A model generated the notes under the pieces. The model did no database searches. It worked only from the letters and a program-made list of their open reading frames with translations, and had not been told where the DNA came from. The translations under genes and the position numbers were made by a program. Positions 28,189 through 38,296 of a DNA stretch of 64,000 nucleotides are shown piece by piece. Every line of letters starts with the position of its first letter. The stretch's first letter is position 1. The stretch is from positions 24,905-88,904 of the forward strand of contig CAWEQF010000006.1 in the NCBI GenBank assembly GCA_963811195.1. The letters run 5' to 3'. Origin of the DNA: an uncultured Flavobacteriaceae bacterium. Lineage in GTDB: Bacteria > Bacteroidota > Bacteroidia > Flavobacteriales > Flavobacteriaceae.

Positions 28189-30396
28189 TTATTCCCTGGA
28201 CACCTTGTCTATACCATTTATTTTTTTAAGGTGATTTATAAGTGTGCTTAAAATGGAATTATTCTTTACAATTACCGTAATTTTTCCTGTAAAAACACCA
28301 TCCGAGCTGTCAAAATTAATGTTGCGCATATTCACGTTCATACTTTTAGATATTTCCTGTGTTATATCGCTAACAAGTCCTAAATTATCGATTCCTGTAA
28401 GTTTAATTACGGCTTTAAAATCCTGTTGTGAGGAATCTATCCATTTGGCCTGGATAATCCGGTAAGCATAATTGCTTTGAAACTGAATGGCGTTAGGGCA
28501 GTCCTTTTTATGAACCTTAATTCCTTCACTCACCGTAATAAACCCAAAAACATTATCTCCCGGAATGGGGTTACAGCAGTTGGCCAGCTTATAATCAAGC
28601 GTTTCCTCTTCCTTTCCGAAAACCAGTTGATCATACTTAGAGGTGATTTCTTCCTTATTAAGATCTTCGGCCATTGGTGGCTTTCTAATCTTATTTTTTA
28701 TATAACTCACAAAGGCATTACTCCTGGAGGAAGTAAATTCTTTCAAACTTTTATTATCGATCTTGCCTATTCCTACCCGGTAAAAAAGATCCAGACTGGT
28801 TTTTAATTTAAAATAAATAACAAGTTCATTTATAATCCTTTCGTTAAAAGGTAATTTCTGGGCTTTTAGTTTTCTGGTAAGTATGGCTTTTCCTTCTTCG
28901 GCAATTTCCTTCTTCTCGTCTTTTAAGGATGATTTTATCTTTGCCCGGGCCCTTGCGGTAGTTGCATAATCCAGCCAGTTGATGTTTGGTTTTGCATTTT
29001 CTGAAGTTATAATTTCAATCTGGTCGCCGCTTTTAAGTTCATGGCTTAAGGGGACCAGTTTATTGTTAACCCTTGCTCCCCGGGTATGCAACCCTATTTC
29101 TGTATGAATGCTGAAGGCAAAATCCAAGGGGGTAGCCCCTTTTGGGAGCGATTTTAAATCTCCCTGCGGGGTAAATACAAAAATTTCCTTGGCATACAGG
29201 TTTAATTTGAATTGTTCCACGAAATCCACGGCATTGGCTTCAGAATTTTCGAGTGCTTCCTGAAGTTTGTTCAACCAGTCTTCCATGCTTTTCTCTTCCT
29301 GCTCTTCGCCGTGCTTATATTTGTAATGTGCCGCATATCCTTTTTCGGCAACTTCATTCATACGTTCACTGCGAATTTGCACTTCTACCCAACGCCCTTT
29401 GGGCCCCATTACGGTGATGTGAAGGGCTTCATAACCTGTAGATTTAGGACTTGAAATCCAGTCTCTAAGGCGAATAGGGTTAGGTCTAAAGTGATCTGTA
29501 ACTATCGAATAAATCTTCCAGGCAAGGAATTTCTCATTGGCAATATCACTTTTGTAAATAATTCGAACGGCAAATTTGTCGAAAACCTCATCGAAAGTCA
29601 CGTTTTGAGCATTCATTTTCCGGCGAATAGAAAAAATGGATTTTGGCCGGCCTTTTATTTCATATTCTAAATTTTCATTATCCAAAGAGTCTTTAATCAC
29701 CTGGTTAAAATCCTGAATGTAGGCATCCTGTTGCTCCTTGCTTTCCCGAATTTTGGTAAGAATATCCTGATAAACTTCGGGTTCCGTATATTTTAAACCC
29801 AGGTCTTCAAGTTCTGTTTTTATGCTGTAAAGTCCTATTCTGTGGGCCAGGGGAGCATAAATATATAAGGTTTCTGAAGCTATTTTCACCTGTTTATCGG
29901 GTTGCATAGCATCCATGGTTTGCATATTATGTAACCTGTCTGCAATTTTTATAATGATTACCCTTACATCATCGTTAAGGGTGAGCAGCATTTTTCTAAA
30001 ATTCTCTGCCTGCAGGGAAACATCTTTATCTTTTTTAAGATGCGAAATTTTGGTAAGCCCGTCAACAATCACCGCGACTGTATTTCCAAACATCCGCTCA
30101 ATATCGTCGAGAGTATACTCGGTATCTTCAACAACGTCATGTAAGAGGGCGGCAGCTATAGAAGTGGCATCCAGTCCTATTTCTGAAGCAACAATTTTGG
30201 CTACCGCTATAGGATGGAAAATATAGGCCTCTCCCGACTTGCGACGCTGGTTTTTATGCGCGTCTACGGCGGTATCGAATGCCAGCCGTATTAGTTTTTT
30301 ATCGTCCTCGCTAAGGGAGCGATAACTAATGCGTAACAGTTCTTTATACTGCCTGGCAATATTCTTGTTTTCTTTTTCAACAGCAGTTTCCGTCAT
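28189..30396 (-). CDS. rel: Bifunctional (p)ppGpp synthetase/hydrolase (long RSH, Rel)
   Basis: LHDVVED hydrolase, GRPKS, GYEALH, EVQIR, TGS, CC and ACT domains. Confidence 0.93.
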   Translation of the reverse strand: MTETAVEKENKNIARQYKELLRISYRSLSEDDKKLIRLAFDTAVDAHKNQRRKSGEAYIFHPIAVAKIVASEIGLDATSIAAALLHDVVEDTEYTLDDIERMFGNTVAVIVDGLTKISHLKKDKDVSLQAENFRKMLLTLNDDVRVIIIKIADRLHNMQTMDAMQPDKQVKIASETLYIYAPLAHRIGLYSIKTELEDLGLKYTEPEVYQDILTKIRESKEQQDAYIQDFNQVIKDSLDNENLEYEIKGRPKSIFSIRRKMNAQNVTFDEVFDKFAVRIIYKSDIANEKFLAWKIYSIVTDHFRPNPIRLRDWISSPKSTGYEALHITVMGPKGRWVEVQIRSERMNEVAEKGYAAHYKYKHGEEQEEKSMEDWLNKLQEALENSEANAVDFVEQFKLNLYAKEIFVFTPQGDLKSLPKGATPLDFAFSIHTEIGLHTRGARVNNKLVPLSHELKSGDQIEIITSENAKPNINWLDYATTARARAKIKSSLKDEKKEIAEEGKAILTRKLKAQKLPFNERIINELVIYFKLKTSLDLFYRVGIGKIDNKSLKEFTSSRSNAFVSYIKNKIRKPPMAEDLNKEEITSKYDQLVFGKEEETLDYKLANCCNPIPGDNVFGFITVSEGIKVHKKDCPNAIQFQSNYAYRIIQAKWIDSSQQDFKAVIKLTGIDNLGLVSDITQEISKSMNVNMRNINFDSSDGVFTGKITVIVKNNSILSTLINHLKKINGIDKVSRE

Positions 30397-30431
30397 AGTC
30401 TAAAAATACGATTAAGATTCAAAACAAACAA

Positions 30432-31670
30432 CTATCGTTCACCCTTCAGGTTTTTAAATCTTTGTAAAAGTGTAGGGTGCGAGTAATGCACAAAAACATA
30501 GGATTTATGGGGCGTTAAATTACTAAGACTACTTCTGGAAAGCTTTTTAAGACTGGAGATAAGCGCTTCTGCATTAAAGGTTGTTCTGGCAAAATTATCG
30601 GCCTGATATTCAAATTTTCGGGAAAGAAAATTCATAATTAATCCGGTGATTTCTGAAATAGGGCTAAACAAAATTCCAAAGGCAATAAGCCCCATATGAA
30701 AACTGGGTATAGCTACTCCCAAAGCTTCAGAAAGTATAGGGTTACCAATAAAAACAGATAACAACCACAGGGTGAAACCGGTAGTAATTATGGAAGCTAT
30801 TACATTGGCGATAATATGTTTTTTCTTGTAATGACCTACTTCATGGGCCAGCACACTTACTATTTCCTCTTCATCAAGTTCATTCATCAACGTATCGTAA
30901 AGGGTGATTCTTTTTTCTTTCCCGAAGCCGGAAAAATAGGCATTGGCTTTGGTGCTTCTTTTGGATCCATCAATAATAAATATATTATCGAGCTGGAATC
31001 CCACCTTATTCGCATAGGCTTCAATTTTTGAACGTAAAGAACCGTCTTCCAGGGGTTTTTGTTTATTGAAAAGAGGAACTACCAAACGCGCATAAAACAT
31101 ATTCATTAATAGGGTGAAAACCGTAATTAAAATCCAGGCATACCACCAGAAATTAATCCCTGCAAGGGTATAAATCCATACGATCAAAGCAAGGATTCCA
31201 CCCCCGACTATTGCCATTAATGCCCAGGATTTAAGTTTATCTACAAAAAAAGTAGTGCGGCTGGATTTATTGAATCCATATTTTTCTTCAATAACAAAAG
31301 TGCTGTAATAAGAGAAAGGCATACTTAGTATATCGCTCACAAACATGATCACTCCAAAAAAGATAAGTGTAATAATTATAGGATTATCGCTAAAACTTCT
31401 GGCAAATCTGTCTGCGTATTCAAATCCGTGTAAAAAGAGGAATCCAAGTAGTAAAAGTAAAGACCAGGTAGAGGTTATTAACCCGAATTTATATCGTTCT
31501 TTTTTATAACGCTGGGATTTTTCATATTCCTCTTCGTTATAAACATCTTCCAGTTCTGGGGGAATAGGATCCCCAAAATGTTTAGCGTTTAAGGCATCCA
31601 GAATTTTATCTATAACAAAATCCAGTATAATAATTCCAACAATTATATAAAACAGCGTAGTTGCATTCAA
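30432..31670 (-). CDS. M48 (Ste24-like) membrane metallopeptidase
   Basis: GSKRSTKANAYF, LAHEVGH, EYQAD, YSHP; TTG start. Confidence 0.93.
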   Translation of the reverse strand: MNATTLFYIIVGIIILDFVIDKILDALNAKHFGDPIPPELEDVYNEEEYEKSQRYKKERYKFGLITSTWSLLLLLGFLFLHGFEYADRFARSFSDNPIIITLIFFGVIMFVSDILSMPFSYYSTFVIEEKYGFNKSSRTTFFVDKLKSWALMAIVGGGILALIVWIYTLAGINFWWYAWILITVFTLLMNMFYARLVVPLFNKQKPLEDGSLRSKIEAYANKVGFQLDNIFIIDGSKRSTKANAYFSGFGKEKRITLYDTLMNELDEEEIVSVLAHEVGHYKKKHIIANVIASIITTGFTLWLLSVFIGNPILSEALGVAIPSFHMGLIAFGILFSPISEITGLIMNFLSRKFEYQADNFARTTFNAEALISSLKKLSRSSLSNLTPHKSYVFVHYSHPTLLQRFKNLKGER

Positions 31671-31711
31671 GGTTTTTGGTGTTTAAAAATTTAAATTTTC
31701 TTTTTTATATA

Positions 31712-31736
31712 CGTCTCAACTCCGCGCCACGTGACT
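31712..31736 (-). repeat. Degenerate solo copy of the 25-bp REP-like unit
   Basis: Reverse complement agtcacgtggcgcggagttgagacg, 16/25 identical to 14492-14516; a GC-rich island in an AT-rich spacer. Confidence 0.5.
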
Positions 31737-31869
31737 TCGTGTTGAGGTTTTTCTGCTTAATTTTATATTCCGACTTGGTTTGATTGGGCTTTTATTTATT
31801 CATTATTAAATAATATTTTTTATATGTCAATTTTTGTTCCTAACTAATGAATGTCAGGTATAAAATAAG

Positions 31870-32673
31870 CTAATTCCTGCGCTGTCTTTTCGCTTCAAAA
31901 ATCAGAATTCCCGCAGCTACTGAAACATTCATCGAATCAATCTTTCCCTCCATGGGAATTATTATATTCTGATCTGAATTTTCCAGCCATTCTTCACTAA
32001 GTCCTGTAGCTTCTGTACCTACTATAATGGCGCTCGATTCTGTGAAATCTGTCTCCAGATAACTTTTTGAAGCTTCCAGTTCGGCAGCAAAAACTTTAAT
32101 TTTATGTTCTTTTAAAAATTCTATGATTTCTGAAGTGCTTCCGGTAGCAATTTTATTGGTGAAAACACAGCCTACACTGGAGCGAATAATATTAGGATTA
32201 AACATATCGGTTTTGGGATTGGCTATGAGTACCGCATCCAAAGCTGCAGCATCTGCCGTTCTTAATAACGCTCCAATATTTCCGGGTTTCTCGGGAGCTT
32301 CGGCAACTAAAATTAAAACATTATCAGAACTCAATTTTAAATTTTCCAGCAGCAGTTTTTCAGCTTTGAAAATTGCAATAATACCCTCTGTACTGCCACG
32401 ATAAGCTATTTTGCTATAAACTTCAGCAGTTATTTCGGTAATTTTTGAAGAAGACAGGCGATGCTGAATAATTTCGTGAACTTCATGAGCAGAGCAAAGT
32501 GCTTCACAAAAAAACACTTCAGAAATTTCATACTCTCCCTCCAAAGCCAGAACCGTTTCCCGTTTTCCTTCAACTACAAACAATCCTTCCTTTTTGCGAG
32601 CTCTGGATTTATCCTGAAGCTGAAGAATTCTTTTTACAGAAGGATTTTGTAAACTGGAAAGTTGCTTGTACAT
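31870..32673 (-). CDS. TrmH/SpoU family RNA methyltransferase
   Basis: EKPGNIGALLRTA, VGTEATGL, IPMEGKIDSMNVSVA. Confidence 0.93.
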   Translation of the reverse strand: MYKQLSSLQNPSVKRILQLQDKSRARKKEGLFVVEGKRETVLALEGEYEISEVFFCEALCSAHEVHEIIQHRLSSSKITEITAEVYSKIAYRGSTEGIIAIFKAEKLLLENLKLSSDNVLILVAEAPEKPGNIGALLRTADAAALDAVLIANPKTDMFNPNIIRSSVGCVFTNKIATGSTSEIIEFLKEHKIKVFAAELEASKSYLETDFTESSAIIVGTEATGLSEEWLENSDQNIIIPMEGKIDSMNVSVAAGILIFEAKRQRRN

Positions 32674-32708
32674 ATGGTAAAATTAATCAGATTAAAACAC
32701 ACAGAAAG

Positions 32709-32737
32709 AAAAACCTTCGGAATTTTCCGAAGGTTTT
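32709..32737 (-). terminator. Intrinsic terminator after the amidohydrolase operon
   Basis: AAAAACCTTCGG-aattttCCGAAGGTTTT inverted repeat. Confidence 0.8.
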
Positions 32738-32764
32738 ATGATTATTACAGCTTTTTCAGAAGAA

Positions 32765-34078
32765 TTATTTTTTCGCCTGATTTTTATATTTATCGGAATA
32801 ACGATGGTATAATTCGGTTTGATGCGTTTCCAGGCTTACCTCACGGCCCTGAACCCAGGCGTGAGTAAGTTTATTGGTTCGCATATCCAGGGCATCGCCT
32901 TCACTTATAAAAAGGGTAGCGTCCTTCCCTTTTTCAAGGGTTCCTGCAGTAGCATCAATCCCCAGAATTTTTGCGGTATTGGAAGTTATAAGCTTTAATG
33001 CTTCTTCTTTATCTAAGCCGCTTCCGGCAACGGTTCCTGCATAAAACGGCAGATTTCTGGTATTCATTTGTTCCATTTCCCCACTACCTTCCAAACCTAC
33101 CAGGATTCCTTTATCTGTAAGTTCTTTTGCCAGTTTATAAGGTTTATCATAATCGTCGCCATCTTGTTCAGGTAAGCTGTGTGGGCGTCCTGCAAGTACA
33201 GAGATGTTATTTTCCTTCAGTTTGTCGGCTACTTTTAAAGCATCGTACCCGCCAACAATCGTCATATATTTTAAATTCTGATCTTTTTTAAACTGAATGG
33301 CATCCAGAATTTCCTTTTCTCCGTCCACATGAACAAACACTCTTTTTTCGCCACTGAAAACGGGTTGCATCGCTTTAAATAGAATGTTGATTTCTTTTTG
33401 ATCTCCCTGTCCGTAAGCTCTGGAATTGTTAAAGAATTGTGCAAGCTCGGTCACTTGATCCTGGTATTCCTTATTCGGTTTCATTCCCGGATCTTCTCCC
33501 AGCCACCAGCGACCTCTGGTAAAGCTATTTGGCCAGTTTATATGCAAGCCGTCATCTTCTTTAAGTATCGCATCTTCCCAGTTCCAGGCATCTAGCTGAA
33601 CAATAGAGGAAGTACCTGAAATCCTACCGCCCCGGGGCACAATTTGAGCCATAAGTACTCCATTGGGTCTCATAGTTTCCACAATCTTGCTCTCAGCATT
33701 ATAGGCAATGATACTGCGAACATGGGGTAACATTTCGCCAATTTCATCTTCATCGTCCGAGGCTCTTACGGCATCGATTTCCACCAGCCCTAATGTGGTA
33801 TTTGGTGCAATAAATCCCGGATACACATGTTTTCCTTCAGCATTTATAACCTTTCCGCGATATTGCATTTTTGTGGTAGTGGCATCCAGCACCTGAGTTA
33901 ATTTTCCGTTTTCAAAAATAATAAGGCTGTTATCTATCACTTTACCATTTCCCAAATGAGCCGTAGCTCCTACAATAGTTACTGCTTCGTCCTGTTTTGA
34001 GGCGGGAGTTTGTTGGGCAGTCATTATTCCCGCAAAAGAAAGAAGAAGGACTAAGAGTTTTATTTTTAAAGTTTCCAT
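32765..34078 (-). CDS. Exported amidohydrolase-superfamily protein (metal ligands degenerate)
   Basis: Likely start ATG 34078 with signal peptide; GKHVYPGFIAPN, ITSNTAKILG, GTLEKGKDA. Confidence 0.85.
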   Translation of the reverse strand: METLKIKLLVLLLSFAGIMTAQQTPASKQDEAVTIVGATAHLGNGKVIDNSLIIFENGKLTQVLDATTTKMQYRGKVINAEGKHVYPGFIAPNTTLGLVEIDAVRASDDEDEIGEMLPHVRSIIAYNAESKIVETMRPNGVLMAQIVPRGGRISGTSSIVQLDAWNWEDAILKEDDGLHINWPNSFTRGRWWLGEDPGMKPNKEYQDQVTELAQFFNNSRAYGQGDQKEINILFKAMQPVFSGEKRVFVHVDGEKEILDAIQFKKDQNLKYMTIVGGYDALKVADKLKENNISVLAGRPHSLPEQDGDDYDKPYKLAKELTDKGILVGLEGSGEMEQMNTRNLPFYAGTVAGSGLDKEEALKLITSNTAKILGIDATAGTLEKGKDATLFISEGDALDMRTNKLTHAWVQGREVSLETHQTELYHRYSDKYKNQAKK

Positions 34079-34088
34079 AGTTTTTCTT

Positions 34089-37052
34089 TTAGTTGATTTC
34101 TCCTGTATCACAGGTGTTGTAGTGTTTTTCTTCTTTGGTAACCGACCGGGTTTTAGCCCCGCCGTTTTTTGCTTCCAGCATTTGAGTAACCAGAAGATTT
34201 TTTTGCTGTTCTTCTTCTTTTCGAAGTTCTTTATCTTTTTCAAGATCGAAATATACAGTTCCATCTACCAGCGTTTTTTCAGCTTTTGAATATACCGATA
34301 AAGGATTTCCGCTCCATAAAACCACATCTCCGTCCTTTCCTTCTTCAACACTTCCCACACGGTCATCTATATGTAAAAGTTTTGCCGGGTTAAGCGTCAC
34401 AAATTTCCAGGCTTCTTCTTCTGGAATATCACCGTATTTAACACTTTTAGCGGCTTCCTGGTTCAATCTTCGGCTCATTTCGGCATCATCGCTGTTAATT
34501 GCTACCGTAACACCCGCGTTATGCATAATTGCAGCATTATAGGGAATTGCGTCCTTCACTTCATATTTGTATGCCCACCAGTCGCTAAAAGTAGAACCAC
34601 CGGCTCCATGAGCTTTCATTTTGTCGGCTACTTTGTAACCTTCAAGAATATGAGTAAAAGTATTCACTCTAAAACCAAATTGATCGGCCACATGCATTAA
34701 CATATTAATCTCGCTTTGAACATAGGAGTGGCAGGTTATGAATCTTTCTCCGTTAAGAATCTCCGCAAGAGTTTCCATTTCCTGGTCTTTTCTGAAGTTT
34801 TTATTATTCTTTTTGGCTTCTTCATATTCCTTGGCGCGCGTAAAATAATCTTCATACACCTGTTCCACACCCATTCTGGTTTGCGGGAAACGACTGTGGC
34901 TGTTCCAGTTAGATTGTTTTACATTTTCTCCTAAAGCGAATTTTATGAATTTAGGCGCGTTTTCATATAACAGTCCCTGAGCAGATTTTCCCCAGCGCAA
35001 TTTTAATAAGGCCGATTGCCCGCCAATAGGGTTAGCAGAACCGTGAAGTAACTGAACTATGGTAACTCCGCCGGCAAGATCCCGGTAAATACTTATATCT
35101 GTCGGATCTACCACATCTTTCATACGAACCTCCGCACTTGAGTTTTGTCCCGCTTCGTTAATAGAAGAAGCTGCAATATGTGAATGTTCATCTATTATTC
35201 CCGAGGTAAGATGTTTACCCGTAGCGTCGATTACTTTAGCACCACCAGCACTTAAATTAGAGCCTACTTTAGCGATTTTTCCATTTTTAATAAGAACATC
35301 AGTATTTTTTAAAATTCCTTTATCCGTGTTTGTCCATACGGTCGCATTTTTAAACAGAATATCCTGTTGCTTCGGAATTTGGTCCCATCCATACGCCATA
35401 TTAGGAAAGGAAACAGGAAGTACTGTATGTACCTCTTTTTCTTCTTTTTTGTCTTCCTTTTTCTGGTCGCCGGTTTTTATTGCCGTAAAATTGGTTTCGC
35501 TCCCATTTGCTAAAATGGCTTTTCCAGCGATCTGATTGGATTTTTCAGAAACTTTAGCTATCAGTCTGGTAAAATCTGTTTTTGTAGAATCTGATGTATT
35601 TAACAGCAAATTCATCCAGTTGTCTTTATAAGTTATTTTGGAACTAACCTTTTTATCATTAAGTGTAACTTCGGTCTTGGGGCTGTTAGCATCACCCGAA
35701 ATTTTTAGGGAATAGCTTTTGCCATCTACGTTCAAATTATAATCGCCGGCCAGATCTATACTATTCAGATCTTCCAGAACGTTGCGTTTCCCCTCTACCC
35801 AGTTTTCGTACAGGGTAGTATTTTCTTTAAAGTAATCTCCTGAAGTGATAAGGAAATTTGCCCAGGCTCCTGGTTTTATTACGCCCAGTTTATTCTCCTG
35901 CCCGATTACACTTGCCGGAACAGTGGTAAGAGCGGCAAGAGCCTGATTTTTATCTAAACCATAGTCTATAGCTTTTAAAAGATTGGTATGAAATTTCTTT
36001 GGATCTTTTAGGCTGTAGGTGGTTAAGGTAAAAGGGATATTTTTATCGGCCATCATTTTAAGATTTGCCGGTGCTTCATTCCACACCTTCATATCATGCA
36101 GGCTTACATAATTGGTTAAAAAAGGATCTTCAACATCATAGGCATCAGGAAAATCAAGTGGTACAATGAAGGTGGCATTCGTGTTTTTTACTTCATCTAA
36201 ACGCTCAAATTCATTTCCGCTGCCAAGGATCACGAATTGCATTCCTATTTCGTCGCCTACTTTGTCGGCACGAAGGGAATTTAAAAGGTTATCAGTACGA
36301 AAAATTTGAACAAGATTCTTATTTCGGTTAATAGCTTCTAAAGAAAGGTCCTTGGTATCTGAATTTCCACCGGCATACCAGTCGGCATCCATATAAACCT
36401 GGCGAATCAGGGCCATAACTCCCATGATTGAAGTTGGATAGGACTGTTGGGATTGCACACTTTTATCGAACGAATAATATTGAGCAGAACGGTCGTTTAA
36501 TATGCGGTCTCCATCGGTACCTTCAGAGTTCAGAGCTACCAGCATTCCGGTCCCACGAATAATTCCGTCGGGCATGTGTGTGTTTACCACACCAAATCCG
36601 TTTTGCTGATAATTTTTGGCGACATCTTTATCATAATTAAAATGTTCTACGGCATTCGTAGTAGGACGAATATGATCGTTCCAGTAATAACCTTCACGGC
36701 TGGCTTCGTATTGAGGTTCTCCGTTGGATTTGGCTCTTTCGGGTTTTTTAATTCCGAATTCGCTAAAAAGGTCGATAAAAGAAGGATACACTTCTTTTCC
36801 ATGTAAATCGATTACTACAGAATTTTTTGGAATATCGATAGATTTTCCAACCGCAGTTATCTTTCCGTCCTGAATGGCAAACATTCCATTTTCGATAATG
36901 GTTTTAGGATCGGTATGAATTTTTGCGTTTTTAAATACGGTATAATTGGTGTTTTCGGCTGCCTTTACCCCGGCATTGGTAGGGAAATATTTTTGGGCCT
37001 GTAAACTTATTCCGCAGAGAAATAAGAAAAATAGTAGAAATTTTAATTTCAT
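34089..37052 (-). CDS. Exported two-domain amidohydrolase-superfamily protein
   Basis: Signal peptide; domain 1 YPSFIDLFS; domain 2 GIIDEHSH, KFALGENVK, CHSY, THILE, INSDD, GSVEEGKDGD. Confidence 0.88.
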   Translation of the reverse strand: MKLKFLLFFLFLCGISLQAQKYFPTNAGVKAAENTNYTVFKNAKIHTDPKTIIENGMFAIQDGKITAVGKSIDIPKNSVVIDLHGKEVYPSFIDLFSEFGIKKPERAKSNGEPQYEASREGYYWNDHIRPTTNAVEHFNYDKDVAKNYQQNGFGVVNTHMPDGIIRGTGMLVALNSEGTDGDRILNDRSAQYYSFDKSVQSQQSYPTSIMGVMALIRQVYMDADWYAGGNSDTKDLSLEAINRNKNLVQIFRTDNLLNSLRADKVGDEIGMQFVILGSGNEFERLDEVKNTNATFIVPLDFPDAYDVEDPFLTNYVSLHDMKVWNEAPANLKMMADKNIPFTLTTYSLKDPKKFHTNLLKAIDYGLDKNQALAALTTVPASVIGQENKLGVIKPGAWANFLITSGDYFKENTTLYENWVEGKRNVLEDLNSIDLAGDYNLNVDGKSYSLKISGDANSPKTEVTLNDKKVSSKITYKDNWMNLLLNTSDSTKTDFTRLIAKVSEKSNQIAGKAILANGSETNFTAIKTGDQKKEDKKEEKEVHTVLPVSFPNMAYGWDQIPKQQDILFKNATVWTNTDKGILKNTDVLIKNGKIAKVGSNLSAGGAKVIDATGKHLTSGIIDEHSHIAASSINEAGQNSSAEVRMKDVVDPTDISIYRDLAGGVTIVQLLHGSANPIGGQSALLKLRWGKSAQGLLYENAPKFIKFALGENVKQSNWNSHSRFPQTRMGVEQVYEDYFTRAKEYEEAKKNNKNFRKDQEMETLAEILNGERFITCHSYVQSEINMLMHVADQFGFRVNTFTHILEGYKVADKMKAHGAGGSTFSDWWAYKYEVKDAIPYNAAIMHNAGVTVAINSDDAEMSRRLNQEAAKSVKYGDIPEEEAWKFVTLNPAKLLHIDDRVGSVEEGKDGDVVLWSGNPLSVYSKAEKTLVDGTVYFDLEKDKELRKEEEQQKNLLVTQMLEAKNGGAKTRSVTKEEKHYNTCDTGEIN

Positions 37053-37137
37053 AAAAGCGTGGGTTTTTGGTAAATAATTTTTCTTCTGAATTTATAAAGG
37101 CTGGAATTTAAGAAAATTTTAGGAAAATGCCGCTTTC

Positions 37138-38211
37138 CTAAATTGCCTTTTTAACACTTTGGAAGTAATTTACCAGAAGCGCCACTACATAGCTGTAGCT
37201 TTTCATTCCTTCAATTTGGTTATTCGCCTTTAAATATCCACCATAAGTAGATTGAAAATAGGGTTCTAACGGGTTGCTGTGTTTTTGCCAAAAAATACTT
37301 ACTTCAGCATAATTTTTTAAAATTCCCGGCATTACCAGTTTTAAAAGCTCATCTCCTTTTTTAGGATCTCTGCGGTAAAGTTCGCTTAAGCAATGACTAA
37401 GGGCAAAGGTATAGCCGGAATACCTGAAGTATGGATCCGGGTTTTTCATGGTTACCAGGCAGGCAATGAAATTAGCTTCATTTTCTTTCGCAAATCCAAG
37501 CTGGTGGCCAATTTCGTGAGTGGCGGTAGTAGGAATTTTATAGGGAAGTATTAAAGTATTTACCTGGGCCTCGTTGGTTAAGGGATTTAAATACCCGTTA
37601 AAACCCATATAAGTTAAAGGAATGCTGAAAAGAGATCTTTTTAAGCTTTTGCCATGATATGCCAGTTCGGGAAAATCTTTTACAATATAAGAGTAACCTT
37701 TTACTGTCTTCTGAAGCATTTGGGCTTTTGAAAAATGATAAGGAACCGCCAGAGTATCATTATTTATGAGTTCTTTATGTACTTCATTCGATTTCTGAAT
37801 AAGGAGTTTAGTAACCGAGACCAGCTCTTCTGTAGTATAAGAATCTTTAATGTGTAGCGATTTGTGCAAGGGAAGCCGGTAATAATTAAACCCCCAGAAC
37901 AAATGAAAACAGGCATAAATTATTGAGAGGCTTGCCAGGGTTTCCACTATCCATTTCCCGGGATTTTTGAATCGGGTTTGTATCCGAAGAACAATCCAGC
38001 GAATTATCATAATTATAAAGAAGGCGTATAAAAAATCACCTATCGAAAAGGGAAATATTCCGAGGGAAAACCGCATAATACGGGAAAGAATGGGGTATAA
38101 GCCTCTGCTATAATAGGTTTCAACAAGATTGGGATACCCTGCTATTATTTTAACGAACGCAAACTGAACAGGGAGAAGAATGGCTAAAATAAGAGAGGAA
38201 GTCCTTTTCAC
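37138..38211 (-). CDS. DUF3810 membrane protein with HEXXH (putative zinc peptidase)
   Basis: VETYYS, FSIGD, WGFNYYR, GYLNPLTNEAQ, THEIGHQLG..ENEANF. Confidence 0.8.
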   Translation of the reverse strand: MKRTSSLILAILLPVQFAFVKIIAGYPNLVETYYSRGLYPILSRIMRFSLGIFPFSIGDFLYAFFIIMIIRWIVLRIQTRFKNPGKWIVETLASLSIIYACFHLFWGFNYYRLPLHKSLHIKDSYTTEELVSVTKLLIQKSNEVHKELINNDTLAVPYHFSKAQMLQKTVKGYSYIVKDFPELAYHGKSLKRSLFSIPLTYMGFNGYLNPLTNEAQVNTLILPYKIPTTATHEIGHQLGFAKENEANFIACLVTMKNPDPYFRYSGYTFALSHCLSELYRRDPKKGDELLKLVMPGILKNYAEVSIFWQKHSNPLEPYFQSTYGGYLKANNQIEGMKSYSYVVALLVNYFQSVKKAI

Positions 38212-38265
38212 GCTTTAAAATTATAATAAAAAACTCTCAAAGTTTCGTGCTTTGGTAATTACCAA

Positions 38266-38273
38266 TATCTTTG
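38266..38273 (+). promoter_or_regulatory. Sigma-A -7 element (TATCTTTG) for pepD
   Basis: 23 nt upstream of ATG 38297. Confidence 0.55.
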
Positions 38274-38296
38274 TGAAGATACCAAATAAATATAGT

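Noticed and set aside
34079-34264. N-terminal extension of the 499-aa amidohydrolase ORF
   Set aside because: It overlaps the upstream gene; the signal peptide begins at ATG 34078.
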